Shown here: in pieces, positions 30,062-43,700 of the stretch
Position numbering within the stretch: position 1 is the first letter of the stretch
How the letters are laid out: the number at the start of each line of letters is the position of its first letter
Origin: Chrysomallon squamiferum
Lineage: Eukaryota > Animalia > Mollusca
DNA length: 64,000 nucleotides
Direction of reading: 5' to 3'
NCBI GenBank assembly: GCA_012295275.1
Contig: CM022670.1
Location: 32,116,001-32,180,000, forward strand
Made by a program: the position numbers and the translations under genes
The notes under the pieces: generated by a model
What the model was told of the DNA's origin: nothing
The model's database searches: none
Seen by the model: the letters and a program-made list of their open reading frames with translations, nothing else

Positions 30062-30290
30062 ACTGTGATATTTTAATTCTGTATTCAAACATTAAAATTA
30101 TCATTTTAGAATCAAAAAGAAGATTTGATTCTGTAATTAATGAGATTTTTAATTTTATAATCTGTAAAATTTTCATTCAATAATCAGTGAGATTTCTATC
30201 CGTAATCAAACTGAGATTTGATACTGTAGTCAAAGGGTGAGATTTTGATTCTATATTCAAACAGATATGTTAATTCTATAATCAATCAGA
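30062..30290. repeat. Degenerate ~24-26-bp tandem repeat (GAGATTTGATTCTGTAATCAAAC-like)
   Basis: Several diverged copies immediately left of the inverted-repeat arm. Confidence 0.7.
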
Positions 30291-30311
30291 TTAAGTTATA
30301 TTTTCACAACT

Positions 30312-30471
30312 GTGAGGTAATTGTAACCTCACCGGTCAGTCACTGACACAGGTCACTTTCTGCACTGTTGGGTCATGACCGTGACAGTAATTTGTATCAG
30401 CTGCTGGAAATTATCATCAGGAGAGTGATGTCAGGTTGATTTCAGCAGTTGTCAATAAAATTATGATTAAT
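30312..30471. repeat. Left arm of long-range inverted repeat (core 30312-30403)
   Basis: Core is the reverse complement of 31803-31888 with 5 substitutions and one 6-nt indel; weaker match continues at 30437-30471. Confidence 0.92.
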
Positions 30472-31752
30472 TTTTCAGTAACTAAAGCAAAGAAGTGTGT
30501 CATATTCACCTGATTTAAAAAAATAAGAATTTATGAATTATTATCGCTCTCAGACAGTAATAAACAACTTTTATCAAAATTTATCAAAGATACATAGACA
30601 GTTTGAAATATGATCAGGGCATGATTAAAGTAATAAAAGTTAAAATGGGTCAGTTTCATAATCAGGTGGACATCATCAATGGCTGCAATGTTTGTCAGAA
30701 TTGTATCCAAAGATAAACAAAAGATTCATAAAAAATAAATAAATAAATAAAATGACATTGATTTACTTACCATTATGGCTGTCAATAGAAACTGTATCAG
30801 AATTTCATATCTGTGGTGGTCAAAACAAAGTCAGGACAAAGCTTACTTCAATGCCAAAAGTATCCACACATATTTACATGAAGCTGTATGAGGAATATCT
30901 GCAAATACAAGATAAAATATTTTATGAAAATACCCAGTGTCAAATGCAAATAGATAAATTGTTACTTTTATTCCTGCTAAAATTATTATTGATTTATTAT
31001 CAGGTATATCAATGAAAATATTTTTCTGTAATAAAATATTGAAAATATGTTTGAAATTAATATGGCTATCTGTGGGGGTTTTTAATTTGTTTTTTTAATT
31101 TTTTTATTTATAGTAAAGGACTATTGTGTAATATTTTAATTCTTAATTAAAAAAAATAGTTAACTTTTTGTTTAATAACCACCACTGAAATATCAGTTTT
31201 TATTTTAGAACATAGTTTGTACTAATTGGTTATGTTAGACAGTTTCCCCCTTATGTTACCTATTAAGTGATGTCAGGAAAATTAATTTGACCAGTATTCA
31301 TAAATAAATATATATTCATCAAAAAAAAAAAAATTTTTTTTTTTTAACTAAAATATAATTCCAAAATATTGAAAAGAGATTAATCCTTCAACCATAAATT
31401 ACACTGATAAAAGTCCAAATTATTATTTTTTCTAACAAAATAAATCAATGTGCATTATGCATATTTTTCTTTAATCTCTCGATCGATCTCAATTACATCG
31501 GCCTCATGAAATGGAACATGAACAAAGCCGTTGATGAAGGCTGAATGTAATGAAAGCCATCACAATTCAGGTATCACAGCAAACACCGATCTCGTGTTGG
31601 GCTCAGGTGTGTTAGGGGCAGTCATTACTAGGAACTAATTCAGGTGCAAATAAGCTAGAGTAGAAAAAATTGCATTTCAGATATTGTCAGCAAACATGCA
31701 AGGAATTATTCTGCTTGCTGAAAGGAAACAAGGCAGAGGCTGTGAGCCGCTG

Positions 31753-31888
31753 ATTAATCGGTGTTTATTGACGATTTGCTCAGATCACACAGGCAGTGAT
31801 CACAGCTGATACAAATTACTGCCACGGTCATGACCCAACAGTGCAGAAAGTGACCAGCGACTGATCAATGAGGTTACAATTACCTCAC
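31753..31888. repeat. Right arm of long-range inverted repeat (core 31803-31888)
   Basis: Reverse complement aligns to 30312-30403; 31753-31787 aligns more loosely to 30437-30471. Confidence 0.92.
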
Positions 31889-34800
31889 GTTTTAGAGCTG
31901 GGCTGTTGTTATATATACATCAGTATGTTGATGAACAGATTCAGGTTCAGAATTATAAATAATTTTCAAAAAAAACTAAATAATAAAAAAATAAATAAAA
32001 TGTATTAAAAAAAGTTGTAATAAAAAAAGATACATATTCTTTTTACGGGTTTTTAATTTCAGTTTCACAGCTTGTTATTATTGTTATTATTTTATGCAGC
32101 ATTATTTCATGTGTGAATGTCTGGTTGTTTGTCATATATTACTTTAATAATTTCAAACATGGTATCATTGTTTACTAAAACTGTAGGAAAAGCAAATATT
32201 TTTAACTATAAATAAGTTCCTATTCTGTGTATAATAATCTGAATACAGACTTCAATGAATTTAAAAAAAAAATAATAAAAAATTAGAAAGTTCAATTATA
32301 AATGACTTCAGTTTTTAAAATAAAATATATTTTATAATTTCAAAATTATTTGGTTGTCTGCAATACATCTGTGACATTTTCCCTGACATTACACACTGCT
32401 GGTGACCAAACAATGCAATTGTGTTAGAAATTGTCTCTTCTGCTTGGTTAATTGTTAATGACACTAACAACACACGAAATGTTCTTCTTTAGAAATGAAA
32501 TACAGATGCCCATGAAAACATCCATCAAATCTGACAGGCAATGGCGCTGAGAACATTTGTCATGTGTTTTTAATTCACTAACACAGTCAGCTACTGAGGC
32601 ATTAATCAAAGTCAGAATAAGCATTAATTCTGCAAATTATATTGATTTGAAAATTCAAGGAAAACATGTACACATAACACATTTGTATGTGTGTATAAAT
32701 ACACAATACTTCTGTACTCACAGACTAATGACACACACACACACACTGTATACTATAAATCTGTTACATAATTATATATAAGATTTGAATGGACATTTTG
32801 AAATGAGTCTTTATTTCTTCTTTAACTGAATGATTACTGTTACAAACAATTTGTCATCATGAATACAATATGCAACACTGGCAATATCTGTATGTTTTAA
32901 AATTAAACTGTTAACAGATATTAAAGTTCTAACTCAAGGCTTATAGGGTAGGAAAGCAACTCATGTTGAAGGTACAAGGTTATATATTTTTTCAAATCAT
33001 TACATGCTCTGGGTGAGAGAAAGAAAGAAAGCTAGACAGACAGACAGACAGACAGATAGAAGCAGAGATGCAGAATGAGAAAATGAAGGAAAAAGAGATT
33101 TGTAACTTACAAATAATCATGTAAAAAAAAAAGGATGTATGTATGACCATGTATCTGGAATTTTAAGCTGTATTTTCCTGTCACTAAAAATATTTAATGC
33201 AAATTGATGATACGTGACCTAAATTTCAAATATTAATACTTCCAAGTTATTTTGGTAATCCTATTTAGAAAGCAATAATAATTATAATAAAAACAGTTAA
33301 TTGCTCTAATGTAAAATTAATGGAAGGAAAAAAATTTTTTTTACAATGTTATTTCTTTAAAAAACAATTTTATAAATAAATCTGCAGATAAGAAATCTCA
33401 GTAGGAGGTGGACTTTGTGACAATAAAAATTATAAACATGGCGCACACTTAGCTCACTTGTGATAACAGTACATTTTGTTTCCTATTCTGTCTTTTGTTT
33501 TCAAGTTAAAGTTCAAGAATATTTCACTAAGAGAACTGAAATTTCTTTGTTGTCCAATTCATTAGCCTGTGTATTATATTCAGTATATCATACCCTTGTA
33601 GCATATGTCACACACAAACAGTAAGTGCTTGGCACGCACTGCTTGTTGACATGTGGTCCCAAGTGACAATCTATGGGCACCAACTTGCAAATTTATCTTA
33701 AAAGTAAACAAATTAAAGCAGGTGCTGCAGTGAACAGCTGCTACTGGGGATATCCTGGTCACTCGGAAAGATTTGAAACAGGCTAGGTCAACAGTAAATT
33801 AAATAACAGTTTTCTTTGTGTTAGATGTATATGCTGATATTTGTACACGTTAATTTATTGTTCTCAGGCAACACCTGTATTGCTGTATCATTTCAGGATT
33901 TTTTTTTTTTTTTTTTTTTTTGCTCTCATAAATTAAATAATAGTTGGGATATATTTATATTTTAGAGACAATACATGTTATTGTAATACCTTAAAGGTGG
34001 TATTCAAACAAATATAATTTGTGAGAAAAAGATAGGTAATATATTTTTAAATAAAGATAAATTTACTAATGGGAAAAGAAATTGAACAAGAAAAAGACAG
34101 GATTGAATAAATAAACACAAATACACAAACTTTATAACAAATATAAAAATCAAGTTAATTTGGTCACTTAACTAACTAGACACAGTTAACAAAATTTCTG
34201 ATTTGGGTTCATGTCAAATCATACATTCACAATATCACTGAACCAGGTGTTAGCTCAAGGGAGACAATCCTCTTTTTTTTCACCACCTGTATGCAGAGTC
34301 CAGTTTCAATGAAAGCCCAGTGGACACCAGATGGCGTTCACCTGCTCAAATGGAATGTTATCACTGTACAATGTGACTCTCCACCAGATTAAACCACTTT
34401 ATGCCCCAATTTGCATACATAATCGAGTCGCGTGCTCCTTTCATGTTTTATGGACCATTTTTTAATTTTATGATTTTGAAGAATTTAAACTGTTCTTTTT
34501 ATACCAATCCCTCATTTTAGATACACACTTGCAGTTTAAAACACTTCATTAATATACACTGTATATTTAATATGGTAATAAAATAATTATGTTAATGTTA
34601 CATATAAAATAATTGTAAAACGTTTACATTTTCTTTTAATTAATTTTTGAAAGTGCCATTGATTTTTCTGGAATTTTAGATTACAATATCTGTTCTTCAG
34701 TTTTGATTTTCTAGCATTGATTGTGATCAAACAATATTTTATTGATCAGGTAACATGTTGATTTATAAATTCTTCAATTTTTTTCTCCTAAAAAGTTTTA

Positions 34801-35086
34801 AATTATTTATTTTTTTATTTGTTTTTTAATTCATTCTGGTATCAAATCTTGAGACAACAATGTCAAACTTCATATATCAGATTTAAAACTGTCTTTAAGA
34901 AAATTATAATATTATCACATAAACAGTAGGTATAAATATTTTTAACCATAAGGTATATACCGATACATTAAATAAAAGTTTTCAGTCTGAAATCAGATTA
35001 AATAAATAAAATAAATTAAAATTATAAATAAATTTAAAAAGTATTATAATTGTTATTATTTTCAGAATACCAATCCATAAATACAG

Positions 35087-35119
<33 letters not shown>

Positions 35120-36005
35120 TGAAAAAACAAACACACTATTCCTGTCTTTTTTACATAAATGTATGAAAATTAAAAGGCACTGTATTTGAAATGCACAATT
35201 AAGAAATATTAAGACAAATTTATAAAGATTTTCTGTTCATACAATTCTGTAAAAAAAAAAAAAACCCCCAACAAGTAGAAGCAATAACAAATCTATCTTT
35301 ATTTATTTATCTCTTTTTTTTTTTTTCTTTTCTTTTCTTTATAAATCTTCTCTTTCTTTCATCTTTCTTTCATCTTTCCCTTTCTGTCTGTTATACCTAT
35401 ATAAACTGCACAGTATTTGAAACGGCTGAATAGTACTGCTTACAGCAATGTGAAGTATCTCTATTATCAAGTCACTCAGTCAAGTAAGAATTACTCAATG
35501 ACACCAAGCAATTAGCGTGCCTGTCTGCTTCAGCACTTCAGTGTGGGCACCATAAACTAATCAGACAGAGGATGTTTATTACAGCACTGCAGCTGTGTCT
35601 GTCCCATCACTGTGTAAAAAGACCTTTTTACTAACACCCGTATACCACACGCTTCCACATGACAAGTCAGATTTACTTCATAGACGCCACTTTCTTTGTT
35701 CAGTCGCGTGACTGACAAGATTCTTGGCACACTTTTCAATAATAAAAAAAAAATATCAAAATACTAATTTTTTTTAAAATAATTTTGTGAAGTCAGCAAT
35801 GTCCTCTTTTATAACCACCTGGCAAAGTTCCCATTTTAAAACTCCTCTTATTATTGATAATCTACTTTAAAAGAAAAGAAAAGAAAAAGAAACATGATAA
35901 GAGATATTTTTACAAGAGAACCCAGCCTACCACTCAGTCTAGTTATAAACTTAAACAGTGTGAAATATAATTATATATAACCTACACACTGAGACAGATA
36001 TACGT

Positions 36006-36044
<39 letters not shown>

Positions 36045-36574
36045 AACTTTTGTGAGTTAGAACATTTAAAGTTTAAAACTCACTAATATTCAGAACATGA
36101 TATGCTTTTCTTTTTTCCTTCTAAAATTATTTTAAAAGTGTTCATCATAATTAGAAGTTTCTGAAAGTGCACTAAGAAAGTCAATATGTGATACATAAAT
36201 GTAACACTGGTCTGTTTGTGTATATTAAATGCAAGTCTGTGAAGCAAGGGCTGTGAGGATCAGAAAGATTAATGAATCTTTTTTAATTTTGGCAGATGTT
36301 TTTGAAGAGATTAACATGTTTGTACTCAGATGAGGCCTGAAGGAAAATCAATATCTGTGAAAATGCATCACAACTCCCCAATTTAACAAACCAGGAATAC
36401 AACATCTGGTTATTCACACATTAAAATTCACACTGCTTAGTGTGACGATGACTTACATTAAATATTGATGTATTTGGAAAATATCACTTTAAAAAAATAT
36501 ATATATATATTTATTTTTTTTAAAAGTTATTTATATTTGTAAATCTCTATTAATAACTGACACTTGTAAACAAG

Positions 36575-36690
36575 CAAATACACATAGACATACTCAGTAT
36601 ACACAAATACACATATTCAGTATATACAAACACACATACACATACTCAATATACACAAAGACATATACTCATTAATATATGCAAACATAG
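36575..36690. repeat. Degenerate AC-rich tandem repeat (ACACATATACTCAGTATACACAAA-like)
   Basis: About four diverged copies visible. Confidence 0.65.
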
Positions 36691-37322
36691 GAACATAACA
36701 AAATGTGGATTTTATAAACATACACCATTACAAAGAGACACACACACTACTTTACACACACACACACACACACACACACAATCTGACACTAAATAATATA
36801 TACACACATTTCATCCTTTAATTATTATTTGTTCTCTTTCTCATACACAAATACACACACATGCACACACACAATGTCACAATTAATAAATAAAATTTAA
36901 TTTCACACTATAAATACAATGACTATTTTCACCAGCTCATGATAACAAAGACAACAAATGGAAGCTATTTATAACCAAGTAAATAGATGATGAATCAATT
37001 CTCCAATTCAAAGAAAAAAAAGTAAACTGGAAAAAATGAGAGGGTGCAGATGGGAGTGTTAATCTGTGGAAATAATTAATCCAATAAAGACGTTGTGACA
37101 ACCAGTTTTAAAAATTACTTCTGATGATGAACATTAGCAAAGTGTAAAACACTGGAAGACAGATTTAATATGTACACATTTATATAACTGACTGGTGTTA
37201 CAGCACTCAGATTCAGTACATTTCTGAAATAAATTTTATTACTAAAAAAAAAAAAAATCCATTTTTAAATTAATATTTTTGTTTGTTTGCTCCACACTTT
37301 TTGAGTTATGAAACTCTTAAAA

Positions 37323-37329
<7 letters not shown>

Positions 37330-37365
<36 letters not shown>
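37330..37365. repeat. (AAT)n microsatellite
   Basis: Directly visible. Confidence 0.96.
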
Positions 37366-37366
<1 letters not shown>

Positions 37367-39706
37367 CTATAAATAAATTTTAAAATGAATGATTACTTGT
37401 AATACAATGCCTTAATACATTTTGATATATTTATATGTTTACATAACAAATAATCTGCAAAACAGAAAATCTGCTGTTTACCCTATTAGTTATTTGTTTT
37501 ATTTACTTCATAAAAGTAAACAAAATTTTAATAAACAAAGAACACTGGCTGGACCAGTAATAATAATTATGATGATGATGACTACAGAGAAGATTTAACT
37601 GTATTAAAAAAATGAAAATGCTATGATAATTCACTAAGTAACTTATAATCTATATACAGCTGACAGAACCACCCTTATGCGGACCCTCATCATCTATAGA
37701 GTTCTGAGGACAAACATTAAAACATGTGGCAGATGGGGAGCTCATTTGAATAATTAATGGTGGGAAAGGATGCCAGGCCGACCTGAGATTGTGTGCTGTA
37801 CTGAGATAGCGTTTCTCAAAGAGAAAATCAATTCTTGGTGGATGTGATCTGAAATTTTAATGATGAAAAATATTCAATTTCAAACTGCATGACCCTGAAC
37901 TTATTGTGAGGATTTTGAAACAAATTCTTGTTTTATTTGTATTCGGGTAAGCTTGTCTTGCTGAATATTGAAAAATTGATCTGAGAGAATGAACAATATG
38001 GGGTAGCTGAATAGGAAAAAGAAATGAAATAACAACACCATCATTTTAAAAAAAATAAAAATATAAAAATAAAAATATATTGTTTTTTTGGTATTATTCC
38101 ACATCCTATCTACAGTAATAAAAAAAAGCTGTTATTTAATTTATCTGAATTGTTTTTTTAAAACTCCATAAAGATATTTTTAAAGAAAAATAAAACATTT
38201 ATAAATCTATAAAACAGTAAATGAATATTTATTTCAAATACAACACTTTTTTTTTTTTTCTGCTCAAATAACACTATTCTTAAACAATGAAATGATTATT
38301 ATATACTTTGGCTGAATTCAGTCTGCACAAAATTTCTAACTAATAAAGGTGTGAAACCTGATTTCCCCAAAAGAAATATTCTGTCATCATTATTTCTCTG
38401 TGTTAATGTCGCCATTAACCAGACCTGAAACCCACGCTGGAAGATGCAGGAAAAGGAGCACTCACATTTTTTATTAGTGCATTTGTACTGGCTAAAAGTG
38501 TTGATTTTGGTTGAGAAAGAGAGAAAGGAAAAAGTTCAAAAAGCCAAATGTGTTTTTTTACCTGACTAGTTTAATGGGTGGTCCCAGAAACATATGTCCA
38601 AAATGGATTATCTTCAAAATGATCTTTTAAGATGGAACTGGTGTAGATAAAACCCCACATGGAGTGGAGAAAAGAGAAAGAATGTTAACACATATTTCAA
38701 AGAAAAACAAAAATATAACTTTTAACTTGAAAATTTGAAAAATAAAATAAAATAACGTTTTTCATTTAAAACTCATTACTGTACAGATATATATCTCCTA
38801 TACTGTGTATAACATGGTGCTAGTGTGCATGCGTGCATACATGTATATTCAGGTTTATAGATGTAAGTACATGTAGATACAAAATGTAATACTGATAAAT
38901 TCAAAACAGTTGTTGAAATTCTTAACACTCATATGTACACCTTTCAAAATGACAGTTAATGAAAAGATAAAACCATTTGAAACATTTCACCATATGATGT
39001 TATCAGTAATAGTTTAACTTAAAATTAATTAATAACTGCATGTTAGTTCTTTTCTTTATAGCTAATACAGCCATTATATTTTGTATGTATTATGCAGGCA
39101 TGTCATTAAACAAAAGTACCACTGAACATAAAACAAATTCATCATTCAAAGAAAAGCAAATGATTAAAAACAAAAATAAAAATAAAAACAAAAAAAGACC
39201 CACACAGTTCAGGCATTTTAAATACATAATTATTCCATTAATATTTTATTAACTGTCAACAATATATTTTGATATTTTACACAGTAAAATAAAAACTTGT
39301 AATACATGTCAGTCTAACCCAGGCACATACAAATAAGGGTTTTATGGCATTCAAATGCATCGAGTCATATCTCATAATTTTTATTGTCACGGGCACAAGC
39401 TGTTCCCTTTTCAGGATTTAGGCACAGATGGTTTTTAGACAAGTGACAAACAGGTACAGCACACAGCAGTACCAAGTTTTGTTTTGTCAGTCGCCAGCCT
39501 GTATAATAGATTAAAAAATATATCAATGTAGATCTCCCTGCACCTTTTTTGGGGTCATTTTTCCTTCTCCCTAGGTTACTGAAAATAATCCTTTCTCTGC
39601 TTTACAGCTGTGCATTTTACTGTTTGTATTCAGAAATAGAGACTAAAAAAAATAAATAAAAAAATGACAAAAAATATTCATTGGCTTTCAATACCATGTG
39701 TGTAAG

Positions 39707-39707
39707 T

Positions 39708-39777
<70 letters not shown>

Positions 39778-39783
39778 GGAGAG
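39707..39783. repeat. Compound (GT)n(GA)n microsatellite; similar ones at ~40656-40705 and ~44552-44592
   Basis: Directly visible. Confidence 0.96.
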
Positions 39784-40651
39784 ATTGGGGGGTGAAGGTG
39801 TAGCATGTGTTTTAACAAAAATCCAATACTTTATGAACAAGATTCAACTTGTAAATGTGCTGCATATTATGTGTGGCAACAGGTGGTGGGTGGCTTGACT
39901 AATAAATAATTCTGAAATACCCAGTAATATTTATATGGCAAAATTCACAATAACATCATGGTTTTCATCATACTAATAACAAAAACAGACTTTTACAAAT
40001 TAAAATAGAATATCAAGTCAAAACAAAAACTTAAGTGTTAACAGATTTTTGTTTAATGGTAATTATAGGTTTTAATAGAGATAAAATATAATGAATTTAT
40101 CATCATCATCAAATATAAAATAATTCACAATGCTTCAGCTATGACACATGATCAAAATCATCCTTTTATTTCCCATTCCAACTAATAGCAATCACAACCT
40201 TATGAAGTTTTATTAAAGGTTTACAAAAAGCCATGTAAATGAGGAAATGGCTAGAAAAAATCTATTGCTATTTAATGATAAAAAAAATGTTCACATTCTT
40301 GACAGATTAAAATGTGTTGAGGTATATATTTTTTTAATCATTTAGCAAACCCATTTATCTTATTGTTTGAAATGATTCATTAGCGTATGTCACTTTACTC
40401 ACATTTTAATGTCCTTTTTTAAAAATAAGCATAACCCATCAGCAGAATTACAGATATTATCCAGTAACTAGTAAAAACATGAATATAACAGTACACACAC
40501 AGACATATGCACATACACACAGATTATGTATTTTCTGGATTTTGATATTTAAAGAAAAAAAAAGCACCCCAGAAATGAACTTCTAAGACTGAGTTTTTTT
40601 CCTCCCCCTTCTATATGAAATATATTAAGTTCATCATACCTAAGAAACTAA

Positions 40652-40706
<55 letters not shown>

Positions 40707-43700
40707 AAAAAGGTAAAATTTGTGGTAATTTACAAACAAATTTCAACTAACTAGATAAAACAATAAAGTATTTTAATACTTTTTACACAGACTGTAATAA
40801 TGTACATGTAAAAGCTACTTCCTATAAAATGACAAAAAGGCAGATTCGAGGATAATATTTCAGAAAAATGATGCAGTATTGTACATGTAGAAATAAGCAC
40901 CACAGACTGAACTGAATGGTGCAAAAAGGCTTACGATATGAAGAAGAAGAAAAAACAGAAGTTAAAGGAGAGAGAAAGGCAGGGCTAAAAAGATAAATAT
41001 GTACAAACAAATACACTCTCAGTTTCTCATATATAAATTAGGATATACTATGTAACCCAGAACATTTGATAAACAGCAGTTTTTCAACATTTAATCTATT
41101 GGGGGAAAAAATCCACTAAAATTAAATATTGTTTTTAATACTTGAAAACAAGATACACTTAAGTTTAATGCTCATCAAAATAAGATGCATAAAAGAAGAC
41201 CTTGAATTATATCTGAACATAAAAATAAAAGAATGTTGATGGCACACTGGAATAAAGTACACACTATTTTCAAAAATAAAAGTGGAAAAGCACCATATAA
41301 ATCATTAGATAAACTTGTTTAAAAGATAACAAATCATGTTTACATTTATAATTATACAAATTTGATTATTAACTGCAGACCTTATTCAAAATATAGTTCA
41401 GATGTACTTGTGCAGTTTAAAAAAATAATAATAATAATAATAAAAAAATCCTTCTTTGCTTTTCATTAGTTTTCTAAATATTTCTAATTTTATTAATATT
41501 ATTTTTTAAAAGGACAGTTTTTTTTTCTGTTTTTTTTAAAAGAAAAAAATATAGATCTGAAGAAGTACTTAATCCCTCTCGCAGCCAAAACACATTTATG
41601 GGAGTTAACCCCCAATGTTCACAGCTGACAGTCGCATGTAAAGGCTGGGTATTCATTTCAGTCATAGCTTCTCTGAAATAGCTGACAAGAGTTGAAAAAG
41701 ATGGGCAGATGGCTAAGTTAATAGCCCTGTTTCAAATGAATGGGCTCAGCATGGTGAAATGATTCCCTGGCTGCAAGCAAAGCTAGCTAAACTGGCTCAA
41801 TCAATCCAGCAAACACATAGCTGGGAAACATTTGGTTATCAGCTGTACCAACATAATGTAACTTTCAGAAGAAAAAAAAATGTTAATATTTATTTGAAAA
41901 AGCAGATGAAAAAAAATAAAAAAAATAAAATAAAATAAAATAATAAAGAACACTGTCATGGAAGACTGAAAATATTTATTTTCAGTTTTTAAAATATTGT
42001 GAACATATGAAGGTTACAAGCAACACATTTTATTTTTCAAAATAAATAATAAAATACTATTAGAGATACAAACCATAATAACTCTTATGTCTGTAAAATA
42101 TCTGCAAAAAAGGAAAATTCAAAATGGAAAATTTAAACTGACTAATTCTGAATTACTAATTCGGAAACTAATCCCTTAACATTGAGCAAAGTCCCCAGTC
42201 AGTCATGAAGAGAATCCAGACAATAAAACGATACTTTCTTCTTCTCCTTCCTAAGTTTAGAAATCTGATCAACAGCAGCTGCAGATGACAGTCATCAAGT
42301 TAACTGAGATAACCAGATCCAAAAAAACCTTTCAAAATGATGCAACACAATCTTGTTTGCAACCGAGCAAAAATACAATACAAGAAAAAAGAATAAATTT
42401 ATTTTTGCACCATTAAGGAAAAAAATCCCTCATTTTAGAAACTGTATTAATTTTAGTAGTGATGTGGCCACTATATTATATATTTTCTTGTAATGAAACT
42501 GTGTCAATAGTGTGTACTGGAACATTATAAAAATATTATAATCCAGTAATTTAACAAAAAAAACAAGCCATGATATACTATAATATGCCTCCTGAAGTTT
42601 AAAATCTTAATAATTAAAGAATCAGAAGTTTTAATTTAGAAAACGTATTTTAAAATGATTGCCGTACATACACAGTTATGTAGGTACAACTTCAATATAA
42701 AAATTATTAGATGTGTAAAAACAATACTGATTATCACATAGAAATATTACTGAACAAATTAATGAAAAATTTTACTCATGTTATTGATGACTTTCTGACC
42801 TTGTTACTTACTAAATAAACCTCTTTTAGCTCAATTACACAAATAAAAAATACATTTACACAAACTAAAATGGTGAAAATATATGATGAAAAAAACCCTA
42901 CTATGCTGAACTTATTCTTCTTTTTTTTAACACCTCAAAAAACATGACAGCACACACCACCACAATAAACCACTGACATTATTACAAGGTAATGGAATCA
43001 TTATTTCAGATTTAACCTTGGACCAAATTGTAACACTTTGGCATCATCTTAAAAGATCACAACCTCAGTATCTAACAAGGTAAACAAAATTATATTTTTG
43101 CTCAAAGACTGTTTAAAAAAGTGATGAATCAATGAGAGTGATGTGAAAATAGAAAGATTATCCAAAGTGTGTGAAGTATGCAACCACTTGCAGCAGAATT
43201 CCTTTAGCACCTTCAAAGGTGGCCTTCTCATCAGTTTCAAGCAAAGTGAACAGAATGTGTTTGGAAAGTAGTACATTAATTACTAGAAGTGTTTCTTCTC
43301 TGGTATCACCATCTGGTCTTTGTCCAGAGCAGGCATGTTTTAACCAAGATTAGATAAAAACAAACAATCCCTGATCTACCTTCAGAAGTAAAATTTAAAG
43401 TAAATAAATATATATACATTATGTGATAATATGAAGGCAATGAAAAGTTCCATGCTTCAAGCCTACTTTTAAAAAAAAGATAAAAAGAATCACTTTTTGG
43501 AAATTATTAATACTGATACACTATCCATGTTCTGCAATACATAAAGTTGAAAAAGAACCGAGGGTGAAAACTTCCATGCTACGAGCCAGTATTAAACAAA
43601 TGCAGACAGATTTATTTCATTACTTTATTAATGAGTGTAATGTGCTGTACTGACTCTGATCTGTAATAACATTCTTACAAAAAACATATTACAGATTTAA

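Noticed and set aside
30312-30332. let-7 microRNA gene (TGAGGTA start)
   Set aside because: Only 7 nt match; the rest of mature let-7 and a precursor-length hairpin are absent.
39762-39800. G-quadruplex
   Set aside because: Only three long G-runs, arising from a decaying (GA)n microsatellite.
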